From Oculatellaceae cyanobacterium bins.114 (lineage in GTDB: Bacteria > Cyanobacteriota > Cyanobacteriia > Elainellales > Elainellaceae), in the NCBI GenBank assembly GCA_033764315.1, contig JANRJA010000077.1, positions 32,001 to 96,000 on the forward strand: a stretch of DNA of 64,000 nucleotides. Reading direction: 5' to 3'. The notes under the pieces are model-generated. The model was not told the DNA's origin, made no database searches, and saw only the letters and a list, made by a program, of their open reading frames with translations. Below are positions 28,882 through 37,582 of the stretch, one piece after another. The first letter of the stretch is position 1. Every line of letters begins with the position of its first letter. Both the position numbers and the translations under genes were made by a program.

Positions 28882-31167
28882 ATGGATGCCACCACGACAC
28901 GATTGCGCCAAATTTTAGAGTGCGCTGCAACCGTTCCTGGATATCGCGATCGCTTTCAATCAGCGGGTTTATTGACCGATCGCAAGGCAGTCCCTGACGC
29001 GGTATTGATTGCAGATTGGCAACAGGCATTTCTCAAACTGCAACCGCTGGATCGAGCCACCGTGCAAAGCCAACCGGGTGCATTTTTAGCAACAGCAACC
29101 GATGTTGTCTATCGGGGTGTCACCAGTGGCACCCAGGGACAGTCCCTCATTTATTTTGCAGGTGCAGCCTGGAACCAAGCCCGATTACACGCTCGCACTC
29201 GTTCTCTTGCCAGATGGGGCATTACCGATGAGGTTCCTATTCTCACTGTGGCTAGCCGCTTGTTGCCGCTGCGTCCAGTGGATGGGGCGATCGCCGGGAC
29301 TCTCACACCCCAATTGATTCATCAACTGCTTGAGCAGTTATCCACTCGCCCAACAGTCCTGCGGGGTTATCCCAGTCGGTTGTGTGAGGTGGCAGTGCAG
29401 TTGAGCCACACCCGACTTCCCCCTATTGTGGCGGTGATCTGCACCGGAGAGTGTTTGTTTGAGCAACAGCGGTCCCTGCTAGAGCGGGTCTTTTGTGCCC
29501 CGGTAGTGAATGAGTATGGCTGCCAGGAAACAGGTATCTCTGGGCTGACTTGCCCCGAAGCAGGACGATTGCATCTCGATAGCGATCGCTGTTATTACGA
29601 AATTGTGAATGGGCAGTTGCTGACAACGGATCTGTTCAATCAGGTGATGCCGATGGTGCGTTATGACTGTGGCGATCGCTTGGCAATTGACTCTGAACCC
29701 TGTTCCTGTGGTCGTTCCGGGTTGACAGCGACGGTTTTAGGACGGGCAGAAGACAGAGTTGACACACTCTGGGGGCAACTATTGGCGGGTGCTGTCTCAA
29801 TGCCAGCATTGGATGGGATTCAACAATATCGGGTCGTGCAACATGAGGCATCGCACTTAACACCGTCTGTACCCCTGTCTGTACAAGTACAAGCGTTTGT
29901 ACAACTTGCACAACTTGCACAACCTGTACAACCTGCACGACCTGCACAATCCCAGCTTAATTCTCGTCCACTAGATCACCTGGTGGATTGGGTAAAAACC
30001 ACGTTTGGCGATGTCAAAACTCAAGTAGTTGTTGAAGAGATTCCGGTGTTGCACTCTAGCGTCAGCACCGGGTGTGATGAGTCTACCTGGATGCAAACGA
30101 TAACTCAAGGGAGTTGGGCACAGTGGTTAAAGCAACCTGTATTGCCGCTGGGTTCTGCCCGTTGGGTCGCGGAGTTGTGGAGTGAGCTAATTAACCCACA
30201 AATAGTCTTCAATGCAGGATTGTCTCCCAAGGCGTGGCGATCGCTGCAAACAGTGCTCGACAGCCCAACCGATGTTGCCAATGAGGTGGAGTGGATAAAA
30301 GTCAGACTGTTGTTGTTTGCATGCAGTTTTTTGCCGACTCAAACGAGTCAAGAGACTCAAGCAACACAGGTCTATCAGCAAGCCATTGAGCGATTTCACC
30401 GCCTCTTGCAACGCCAAACTCTCAGCCAACATCAAGCCTCTCTCTTGCATCTCGATCGCTTGATTGCCTCGCTCTATTTACCCAACGGTGCAGCGATCTG
30501 GGTTGATCCTATCCCCAATCTGATCCAGTTAGATACCTTTGCGGTCAATCACCTATTACAAGCATTGGAAGCTGTCGCACATCAGGCGATCGCCCATCAT
30601 CGGTTACCTCACTTGCGACCGCTATTGTCAGTGCTGATCGGTGACTTGCAGTTTTTTGCGCCTCGTTTTGGGGTGTGGTTATTGGCTTATTGGTTTGAAT
30701 GGTTGCGACAGCCTATCCCCTGGGCTGTGCCCACTCCAACAGACCCATTTTCTCAAGCCTGGTTAACATGGCGACAAACCGGATTAGAGCAGATGCAAAC
30801 CGAGCCTATGAAGGTTTTGGAGGCACTGGCGCGATCGCCTTTAGAACACGCACGAGTCGTCTTAGAGCGAGGCTATGGTCAATTATTGCAGCAACAACCC
30901 CTTGACCCAGAGGAGTGGCTGCCGTTGGTGCGAGCCCACAGTGGAGCGATGGCTGGCAGTTCAACGAGTAATCCAATGGCTTGGGCACCCATTCTCAAAG
31001 CATTAGCCATCTCACTGATGGCGGTAGAACGGCGAGACTTAGCCTACCAATGTTTAGTAGCCGCGACAGCACCTGCATCTAGAGTGTCGGCCTTTGAGCG
31101 GTTAGCCGCAGGTGTGAGTGGCAAACAAAGCATTTTGGGAAGAGCAAGGATGAAGGATAAAGAATGA
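28882..31167 (+). CDS. CapK/phenylacetate-CoA ligase-like adenylating protein with a long unknown helical C-terminus
   Basis: TSGTQG, RGYPS, TGE, NEYGCQETG, TDLFN.VMPMVRYDCGD, GRAED. Confidence 0.8.
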   Translation: MDATTTRLRQILECAATVPGYRDRFQSAGLLTDRKAVPDAVLIADWQQAFLKLQPLDRATVQSQPGAFLATATDVVYRGVTSGTQGQSLIYFAGAAWNQARLHARTRSLARWGITDEVPILTVASRLLPLRPVDGAIAGTLTPQLIHQLLEQLSTRPTVLRGYPSRLCEVAVQLSHTRLPPIVAVICTGECLFEQQRSLLERVFCAPVVNEYGCQETGISGLTCPEAGRLHLDSDRCYYEIVNGQLLTTDLFNQVMPMVRYDCGDRLAIDSEPCSCGRSGLTATVLGRAEDRVDTLWGQLLAGAVSMPALDGIQQYRVVQHEASHLTPSVPLSVQVQAFVQLAQLAQPVQPARPAQSQLNSRPLDHLVDWVKTTFGDVKTQVVVEEIPVLHSSVSTGCDESTWMQTITQGSWAQWLKQPVLPLGSARWVAELWSELINPQIVFNAGLSPKAWRSLQTVLDSPTDVANEVEWIKVRLLLFACSFLPTQTSQETQATQVYQQAIERFHRLLQRQTLSQHQASLLHLDRLIASLYLPNGAAIWVDPIPNLIQLDTFAVNHLLQALEAVAHQAIAHHRLPHLRPLLSVLIGDLQFFAPRFGVWLLAYWFEWLRQPIPWAVPTPTDPFSQAWLTWRQTGLEQMQTEPMKVLEALARSPLEHARVVLERGYGQLLQQQPLDPEEWLPLVRAHSGAMAGSSTSNPMAWAPILKALAISLMAVERRDLAYQCLVAATAPASRVSAFERLAAGVSGKQSILGRARMKDKE

Positions 31168-31296
31168 AGAATGAAGGATAAAGAATGAAGGATGAAGAGT
31201 GAAGGATAAAGGATGAAGAGTGAAGAGTGAAGAGTGAAGAGTGAAGAGTGAAGAGTGAAGAGTGAAGAGTGAAGAGTGAAGAATAAAGGATAAAAA
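31145..31296. repeat. Heptamer short tandem repeat; (gaagagt)x9 perfect at 31215-31277
   Basis: Direct reading; variants gaagaat, gaaggat and aaaggat flank it. Confidence 0.95.
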
Positions 31297-31360
31297 GGCT
31301 AATTTAGTAGACTCAGTCACACGTTGGGTGAAGCAAAGTAAAACGTGACAACCACAAACT

Positions 31361-31398
31361 CTGACAATTGATGAATGACAATTGATGAATGACAATTA
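31361..31398. repeat. Short tandem repeat (tgacaattgatgaa)
   Basis: About 2.5 copies. Confidence 0.7.
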
Positions 31399-31409
31399 AT
31401 GCATGACGA

Positions 31410-32678
31410 TTGCCTAATGACGAAAGCATGAAACAAGCCGTCACCGTTATTACACATCAGGTTGGTTTCGGTGAGATCAATGCTTGGGCAACACTCTTAG
31501 CGGTGACATGGCTAGATGTCAGACAACTTCTGAGTGTGGCAGAAATACAAGCGGATAGCACTGTCATTCGCAGCGAGGTTGTCGTTTATCTGCCTCACCT
31601 TCCCACAAGGCTTAGTCAAATGACAAGTCCTGTGATGCCAAGTCACCCCTTTTTGATGCCGTGGTTTCCATCCTCTCCGTTGCCCACTGAGACAGCCATC
31701 GAAGCCCCCTTTGAGGCAGTTGCCTGGATAGCGTCTACCGAGTTAGTGCAGCAGGCATTGCCACAATTAGTTCAGCTCAAAGATTGGAGTTTGCTTAATT
31801 TAGCGCAGATATTAGAACAGCTCAATCTGCCCTTTTATTGGGGAACAGTGAGTGCATTACCAGTCAGTTCTATAACGTGTCCAACCTCTACCCACACTGT
31901 GTTGGCAGTTGTACCACACTATTGCTGTGAGCTGTGGTTAGCGCGATGTTTGCGATCGCTCCTGGCTCAAACCCGTCCACCCGATCACATTGTCGTGATT
32001 GATGATGCCTCCAACCGCCTCCCAGCCGAGATTGTGGAGTCGTTTCCCAGTGTGACACTGCTTGCTGCATCCCAACGAGTGGGGCCTTATCGGCTCATTC
32101 AGCAAGTGATTGATGACACCCATTATTGGGGCTATTTGTTTCAAGATGCCGATGATTGGTCAAGTAGCGATCGCCTTCAACAATTGATGTACTTGGCATT
32201 AACCACTGGAGCTGAACTGGTGGGCACTCAGGAAATGCGCGTCAATGAGGATACAGCCCGCTGCATTCCTATCAACTATCCATTGGATGTGAATGCCGCT
32301 CTAGCAACGAAACCAGGACATGCCATGTTACATCCCACCAGTTTAGTCACCCGCGATCTGGTGCAACGCCTCGGCGGATTTGCGACGGGTTTGCGCTTTG
32401 GCGGAGACACAGAGTTTTTGTTGCGAGCAGTGTGGGTCGCCCAAGTGATCAATCTTCCGAGCTACAGCTATTTTCGGCGCAAACGACCTAACTCACTCAC
32501 GACCGATCCAGCGACAGGGCTAGAGTCTCCAGCCCGCCGACAATTATTGCACCAGTTGAAACAAGGCGCGATCGCCCGTCAAGCCACATCCACAGCAGGA
32601 CAACAGCCTGATCTCAGGGCGATCGCTACGGCTCCAGCAATTCAGCTCACGCACATCACAGGGCCATGCCTCCACTAG
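31410..32678 (+). CDS. Glycosyltransferase family 2 with an unknown N-terminal extension
   Basis: VVPHY, SLLAQT, VIDDAS, FQDADDWS..DRL, GGDTEFL.R. Confidence 0.85.
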   Translation: MPNDESMKQAVTVITHQVGFGEINAWATLLAVTWLDVRQLLSVAEIQADSTVIRSEVVVYLPHLPTRLSQMTSPVMPSHPFLMPWFPSSPLPTETAIEAPFEAVAWIASTELVQQALPQLVQLKDWSLLNLAQILEQLNLPFYWGTVSALPVSSITCPTSTHTVLAVVPHYCCELWLARCLRSLLAQTRPPDHIVVIDDASNRLPAEIVESFPSVTLLAASQRVGPYRLIQQVIDDTHYWGYLFQDADDWSSSDRLQQLMYLALTTGAELVGTQEMRVNEDTARCIPINYPLDVNAALATKPGHAMLHPTSLVTRDLVQRLGGFATGLRFGGDTEFLLRAVWVAQVINLPSYSYFRRKRPNSLTTDPATGLESPARRQLLHQLKQGAIARQATSTAGQQPDLRAIATAPAIQLTHITGPCLH

Positions 32679-33013
32679 GTCGCACATACCTGTAGTGGGG
32701 TTTCCTTAGATCATCCTCCCGAACTGATCCCCCTCAGTCCCCCTGATTAAGCTAACTCTGTACGCACAAGTCCTCTCAACTCCTTAAATCTCCTAACTTT
32801 GGGAGGCTTTGAGCCTTTGCCAAGGGTCTTGCCCCCACCCGAAACACCCTAACTTGGAACCAATGCGAATCGTGCCTTTGGGTAAACTGAAACACCTTCT
32901 GCTAGGGGGCTTGGGGGAGGTAGGGAGATCTGATGTGTCGCATTCACAACTCAATATTGGTATAACTTGCACACGGCTATAGAGGCGATCGCCGGGTAAT
33001 AGGGTAATCAAAC

Positions 33014-33886
33014 ATGACATTGGCAGTCATCATTCCAGTTAAAAATCGAGTTGAGATCACTCAGTGCATTGCCTCACTGATGTCAATTGCGTGTGTCGAT
33101 CGAGTGGTGGTGTGTGATGGTGGTTCCCTTGAGGCGCATTATCTAGAACCATTAAACGCCTTAACTCAACCACCCCACGTTGAGGTGTTGCACTTGCCAA
33201 TCCCAGGATTTAACAAATCGTGGTTGATCAATCAGGGCATTCAACACACCCAGGATGAGGTGTTGCTGATTTCAGATGCTGACATTGTGTGGAACGCAAC
33301 AACGATAGAACAGTTGCGAGCTATGGTGATGACTCAGCCCAATACGATCGCCTGTGTGCATCAGGTGGCTGAATCTGATCCTACGGCAGTCTCGTTAAGG
33401 CGCGATCGCTACACTTACACCATTCAGACCACCGCAACCGAGGCGATTGTTGAAGTTGTAGCAGTCCCCGGTCAAATCAGTGATGTGAAATTCTCCCAAC
33501 GAGACCACCGCCCAGGATGTGGGTTGATTTGTGCCCAGAGAAGCACGCTATTGGCACTGGGAGGCTACAAAGAGCTGTTTCAGGGATGGGGCTGGGAAGA
33601 TCAAGATTTGCTGATGCGCGCGAGATTATTGGGCATGTCGATTCAAACGGTGGGTTCAGTTCTGCATTTGTCTCATGCTGACACCACTCGTAACCAGCAC
33701 TGGGGTCAGGCCGAACCGAGCCATACCCGTGACCAAAACATCGTTGCCTGTGTGCGATCGCTGGCTCAAGGGCAATTGTTGGGTGACTTATCGGGGGCGA
33801 TCGCACCACCCCACCCAATCGCTTGTTCTAAAAGCATCTCCGTTCGTTTACCAGCGACACTGTTGCAAAAACGCTTTAAAACTTAG
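33014..33886 (+). CDS. Glycosyltransferase (GT2/GT7-like)
   Basis: VIIPVKNR, CDGGS, FNKSWLIN.G, SDADI, GGY.E.F.GWGWED.DL. Confidence 0.87.
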   Translation: MTLAVIIPVKNRVEITQCIASLMSIACVDRVVVCDGGSLEAHYLEPLNALTQPPHVEVLHLPIPGFNKSWLINQGIQHTQDEVLLISDADIVWNATTIEQLRAMVMTQPNTIACVHQVAESDPTAVSLRRDRYTYTIQTTATEAIVEVVAVPGQISDVKFSQRDHRPGCGLICAQRSTLLALGGYKELFQGWGWEDQDLLMRARLLGMSIQTVGSVLHLSHADTTRNQHWGQAEPSHTRDQNIVACVRSLAQGQLLGDLSGAIAPPHPIACSKSISVRLPATLLQKRFKT

Positions 33887-34061
33887 CGTTTGAGTCATAG
33901 TTTTGAGCCTCATTTCAGGATATGTAAATTAGAGCGGCTCAGTCATTCACCCCCAGTCATTCACCGTGAATCATAACTTTGTTCGCCATTGTCTGCTTGG
34001 TGAGCTTGGGGTCACTGAGCGTTGTTGAAGTGCCGAACTCTACTCTCCATTTCCATCTAAC

Positions 34062-34790
34062 ATGACCATCAAACTCTCGTTAATCGTGACCTATCGTCGG
34101 CGTGAAGCTCATCTAGACACTCAACTCAACTGGTGGAAAGCACACCCCGAACTGGCTCACTTTTGCGAATTAGTTCTGGTCGAAGTAGATGAAACTCCGA
34201 CACCTTGGATTCAAACTGCAATTCGCCATACTCCGGTGCAATATCACTTTTGTCCCTGTCCGGGGGTGTTTCACAAAACAAAAGCTCTCAATTTAGGGTT
34301 GAGTGTGGCACAGGGCGAGTGGGTCGCGCCCTTTGATGTCGATTTGATTCCGGTGGCAGATAGCCTGACCTGCCACCTCCGCATTGCCGCGACTTCCCCC
34401 TCGCTGTTAGTGACAGGATATCGAGTGATGTCAACGGCTGAAACTATTCATGTGAGACAGGTAGACGCTGCGTTAGCGCAGGCCGCGATCGCCCCTGAAG
34501 ATATGCCAACAGCGTTGTGGAAGCATTTGATTCGGGGTGAACGGTTTGGTGTGGTTCCCTTTTTTCAACGCGATCGCCTGCTACAGATTGGCGGCTGGGA
34601 CGAAGCATTTGTCGGGTGGGGAGGCGAAGACCAAGACATCATTGAGCGATATTTAGAACGCGATCGCTATCTCTGTCGATGCCCTGAATTAGTCTATCTG
34701 CACCTGTGGCACGACCGCGATCCGCACTGGACAGAACCCAATCTCATCGAGCAAAATCGCCAACACTATTACAGCGGGCGTCGTTCTTAA
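34062..34790 (+). CDS. Glycosyltransferase (GT2/GT7-like)
   Basis: FHKTKALNLG, DVD, GGWDEAFVGWGGED, HLWH. Confidence 0.87.
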   Translation: MTIKLSLIVTYRRREAHLDTQLNWWKAHPELAHFCELVLVEVDETPTPWIQTAIRHTPVQYHFCPCPGVFHKTKALNLGLSVAQGEWVAPFDVDLIPVADSLTCHLRIAATSPSLLVTGYRVMSTAETIHVRQVDAALAQAAIAPEDMPTALWKHLIRGERFGVVPFFQRDRLLQIGGWDEAFVGWGGEDQDIIERYLERDRYLCRCPELVYLHLWHDRDPHWTEPNLIEQNRQHYYSGRRS

Positions 34791-34824
34791 ATCAAAGCAG
34801 CAATAGGACTAGCTAGCTATAGCT

Positions 34825-35046
34825 CTATGACTCCAATGCACAATTGGGAAATCTGCCTAATTTATTAGCATCCACGATCGCATTGCGACACTCTAACAAA
34901 CTGGCTCCAGTACGGCGCGATAATTCTCGCAAGTCAATCATGGGGTTGCTCGTTTGAGGTGCTCTTAGATACATCTCGTACGCCACATCCAGCACCTTGG
35001 AATTCAACATTAAAGGTTTGACAGTGGACTCTAATAACTCAAACAT
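34825..35046 (-). CDS. Small hypothetical protein, possible HTH
   Basis: 73-aa ORF with IDLRELSRRTGASLLECRNAI. Confidence 0.55.
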   Translation of the reverse strand: MFELLESTVKPLMLNSKVLDVAYEMYLRAPQTSNPMIDLRELSRRTGASLLECRNAIVDANKLGRFPNCALES

Positions 35047-35166
35047 AACCGGACACCCAAACGCATAAACTGTACTCTCTTCTATATCGCAGAATGAACA
35101 GGTACACGACTTCTACCTATGGGCAAATCTCAGTAGAGTCAGCCTTCTGCCAAAAGTAGAGGCACT

Positions 35167-37341
35167 TTAGCTGGGCATCCGCTCGCTCAGTGTCGAAGAA
35201 CCCACGAAACTCAGATCTGTCATACAGTTAGCACAACCACAACGGGTATAGGTGATGGGTTGGGATGAGGCAGAATTGTTAGAACGATTTTGAGAAGCTG
35301 CACCATAATTCACCGTAAAGCGAATATCATCCAAAACCGCCAGATCTAAAACCGTCGGCAGAATGCGAGTACCAGAGGCAACAAAAGGATTCATCAGAGG
35401 TGCACCATAATTGCCAAACTCATAGCCTGGGCGAATATGAGACCCATCGCCCGACAGTGGGATAGGATTGCCCCCGTTGTAAGCTTTAGCATTGGTACCT
35501 ATAAACGCCCCATTCACAACGCGACTGCTGAATGCGTTGTCAACTCCAGAAAAACCGAGGGTATGTCCAATCTCGTGCACAGCTACTGAAATGAAATCGA
35601 GATCACCCGCAGGAATATCATCAGCCGTGTTGGGGCTACTGTCAAAGAACCAGTTTGTGGAGAGATCAAACTCAACAGAGGCATCGGCACTAAACTCAGA
35701 GTTACTCCATGAGCGAGCGGCGGTCGTGCCGCCTAACTCATCTGCCACTACATTGATGGTCAGGTCAACGGCTCCAAATAGATCATCTTGAATAATCTTC
35801 TCCCAAATGCTGGCAGCCGCTTCTAATGCCGCTCGACGTTGAGGTGTAAACCAACCGATCGCATCACTACTGTAATCAAACTCGATGTTAAACGGACGAC
35901 TACTGGGTAAACCGCTAACGCTGACAGCATCTTGATCGATCGCATTCCCCCGGTTGCTGTTGTTACTCTCATCGGCTTCTCGAACGGCTCCGTTAGGGTC
36001 AATCGTCATACCCACGTAATAGGTGCCATTGTTTTGCCAAAAGAGGTCGTTGGCATTGGGCAGAGATAACGGGGCACTCAAGTTGCCTGTCGTGCTGTTG
36101 GCATTGAGGCCAGCCAGGTCATAGGAACCTAACAGGCGATCGCCCTTAGTGATCTGAGTATCACTCGACAGATAAAAGTTGACTCGAAACGCCCCAACCC
36201 CCTCAGTTCCTGTGTTTTGCAGTTGAAAATGAGCAGCAAAATTGCTACCCACACTGAGAGCACTGGGAGCCTCAAAAGCAGTCGCAATCAGATCGACAGA
36301 GGGCAGGTTGAGCGTTAGGGTGTAGGTGCTATCGCCCCGTACCTGGACGTAGTAAGTACCTGCCGTCAGATCGCGGGTGATGGATTTGACCCAATCTGAC
36401 CCCAAGACCACTTGCACCGTTGCGCCATTGCTATCTAACAACTCAATCGCCTCTGGAGAGTGCCCTAAGCCATCTAGCGTGAGTGCCAAATTAATATCTC
36501 GGCTTAGATGAAAACGATAGTAATCACGGGTATTGACACTAGAGCTGAGCCAGTTGCTGACCTGTTGAGTGCTGGTCAAGGTGCCTAAATCGCGGGCTTG
36601 CTCGCGGCTATTGCCAGCTTGGTCGGGTCTGGCATTTAACGTCAGAGTGTAGTTGAGCTGGGGCTGTGAGGGGTTGGCTTCAAGCTGGATGTAATAAGTC
36701 CCTGGTGCGACGGCCCAAGTCCAGGCTTGGCTGGTGTCCATAGCGGTCAGTTGCCCTGCAATGCTGCTGCCATCGCTTTGCAACAGAGACACGGTGCTAA
36801 GTGAGTTGTTAAGGTTGATCGTGAGATGGGTCAAACGAGTCAGATCAAAACGATAATAGTCGCGCTGATCGCTGCCCCCAATCGCCTCTTGCACCGTGCG
36901 ATCGCCAAACGGATCACCATTCAAATTGCCAAGATCACGGGCTTGATTGAGGCTATTGTTTGCGTCATCGACGGTTGGTTCTGGCGGTGCAACAGAGGCG
37001 GAGACCCCCAACAGATACCGAGTTTTGGCTCTGCCTCGCCCCGCCGAAACAACTCGAATAAAGTAAGTTCCTGGATTTAAGAGGGTGTTGATAGATTCGC
37101 GACTTTTACCAGGGTGGCTCGACTGTTGAATCACTTGCCCAGAGGCCGTGAGCAGTTGCAGATTGGCGTCTGCTGTGAATGGACTGAGGAAAAAATTGTA
37201 ACTCCGGCGATCGCTCAGGTTGAGCCTAAAGTAGTCATTGCGATCGCTGCCCCCAATCTGATCGCGATAACGTCTGTAACCAGAACCCGCATAAATCACT
37301 CTCGCCTGCCGGGGAGTGTTGTCAACACGGTCTACAGGCAT
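35167..37341 (-). CDS. Multi-PPC domain, CARDB and zinc metallopeptidase protein
   Basis: Three D..DY(Y/F)RF...GTY(Y/F)(I/V) repeats; CARDB (FYLSSD, IDP...EADESNN); HEIGHTLG; LMNP Met-turn. Confidence 0.85.
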   Translation of the reverse strand: MPVDRVDNTPRQARVIYAGSGYRRYRDQIGGSDRNDYFRLNLSDRRSYNFFLSPFTADANLQLLTASGQVIQQSSHPGKSRESINTLLNPGTYFIRVVSAGRGRAKTRYLLGVSASVAPPEPTVDDANNSLNQARDLGNLNGDPFGDRTVQEAIGGSDQRDYYRFDLTRLTHLTINLNNSLSTVSLLQSDGSSIAGQLTAMDTSQAWTWAVAPGTYYIQLEANPSQPQLNYTLTLNARPDQAGNSREQARDLGTLTSTQQVSNWLSSSVNTRDYYRFHLSRDINLALTLDGLGHSPEAIELLDSNGATVQVVLGSDWVKSITRDLTAGTYYVQVRGDSTYTLTLNLPSVDLIATAFEAPSALSVGSNFAAHFQLQNTGTEGVGAFRVNFYLSSDTQITKGDRLLGSYDLAGLNANSTTGNLSAPLSLPNANDLFWQNNGTYYVGMTIDPNGAVREADESNNSNRGNAIDQDAVSVSGLPSSRPFNIEFDYSSDAIGWFTPQRRAALEAAASIWEKIIQDDLFGAVDLTINVVADELGGTTAARSWSNSEFSADASVEFDLSTNWFFDSSPNTADDIPAGDLDFISVAVHEIGHTLGFSGVDNAFSSRVVNGAFIGTNAKAYNGGNPIPLSGDGSHIRPGYEFGNYGAPLMNPFVASGTRILPTVLDLAVLDDIRFTVNYGAASQNRSNNSASSQPITYTRCGCANCMTDLSFVGSSTLSERMPS

Positions 37342-37582
37342 AACGATGGTAGATAAAGAGTCAGTCTATTATGCCGTTCAACTCGCTTCAACGGGTTGAT
37401 TTTGTAGTGACTTACACAATCTTTTAGGATCTGTGAAACTCTAAAAAAGTTGTCACGCTGTACCAATAGTTCGGGAACATGCCTTGGGAGCATGGTTTGG
37501 GAAAATGCTTTGGGAACAGAGCCTTGGGAGTGGAGAACCCAGTCTTGCGGCTGTTTGCTGGCTGCCTATTGCTTTAGGCTGC

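Noticed and set aside
31102-31395. LHSSLFT-repeat ORF
   Set aside because: Translation of a heptamer tandem repeat
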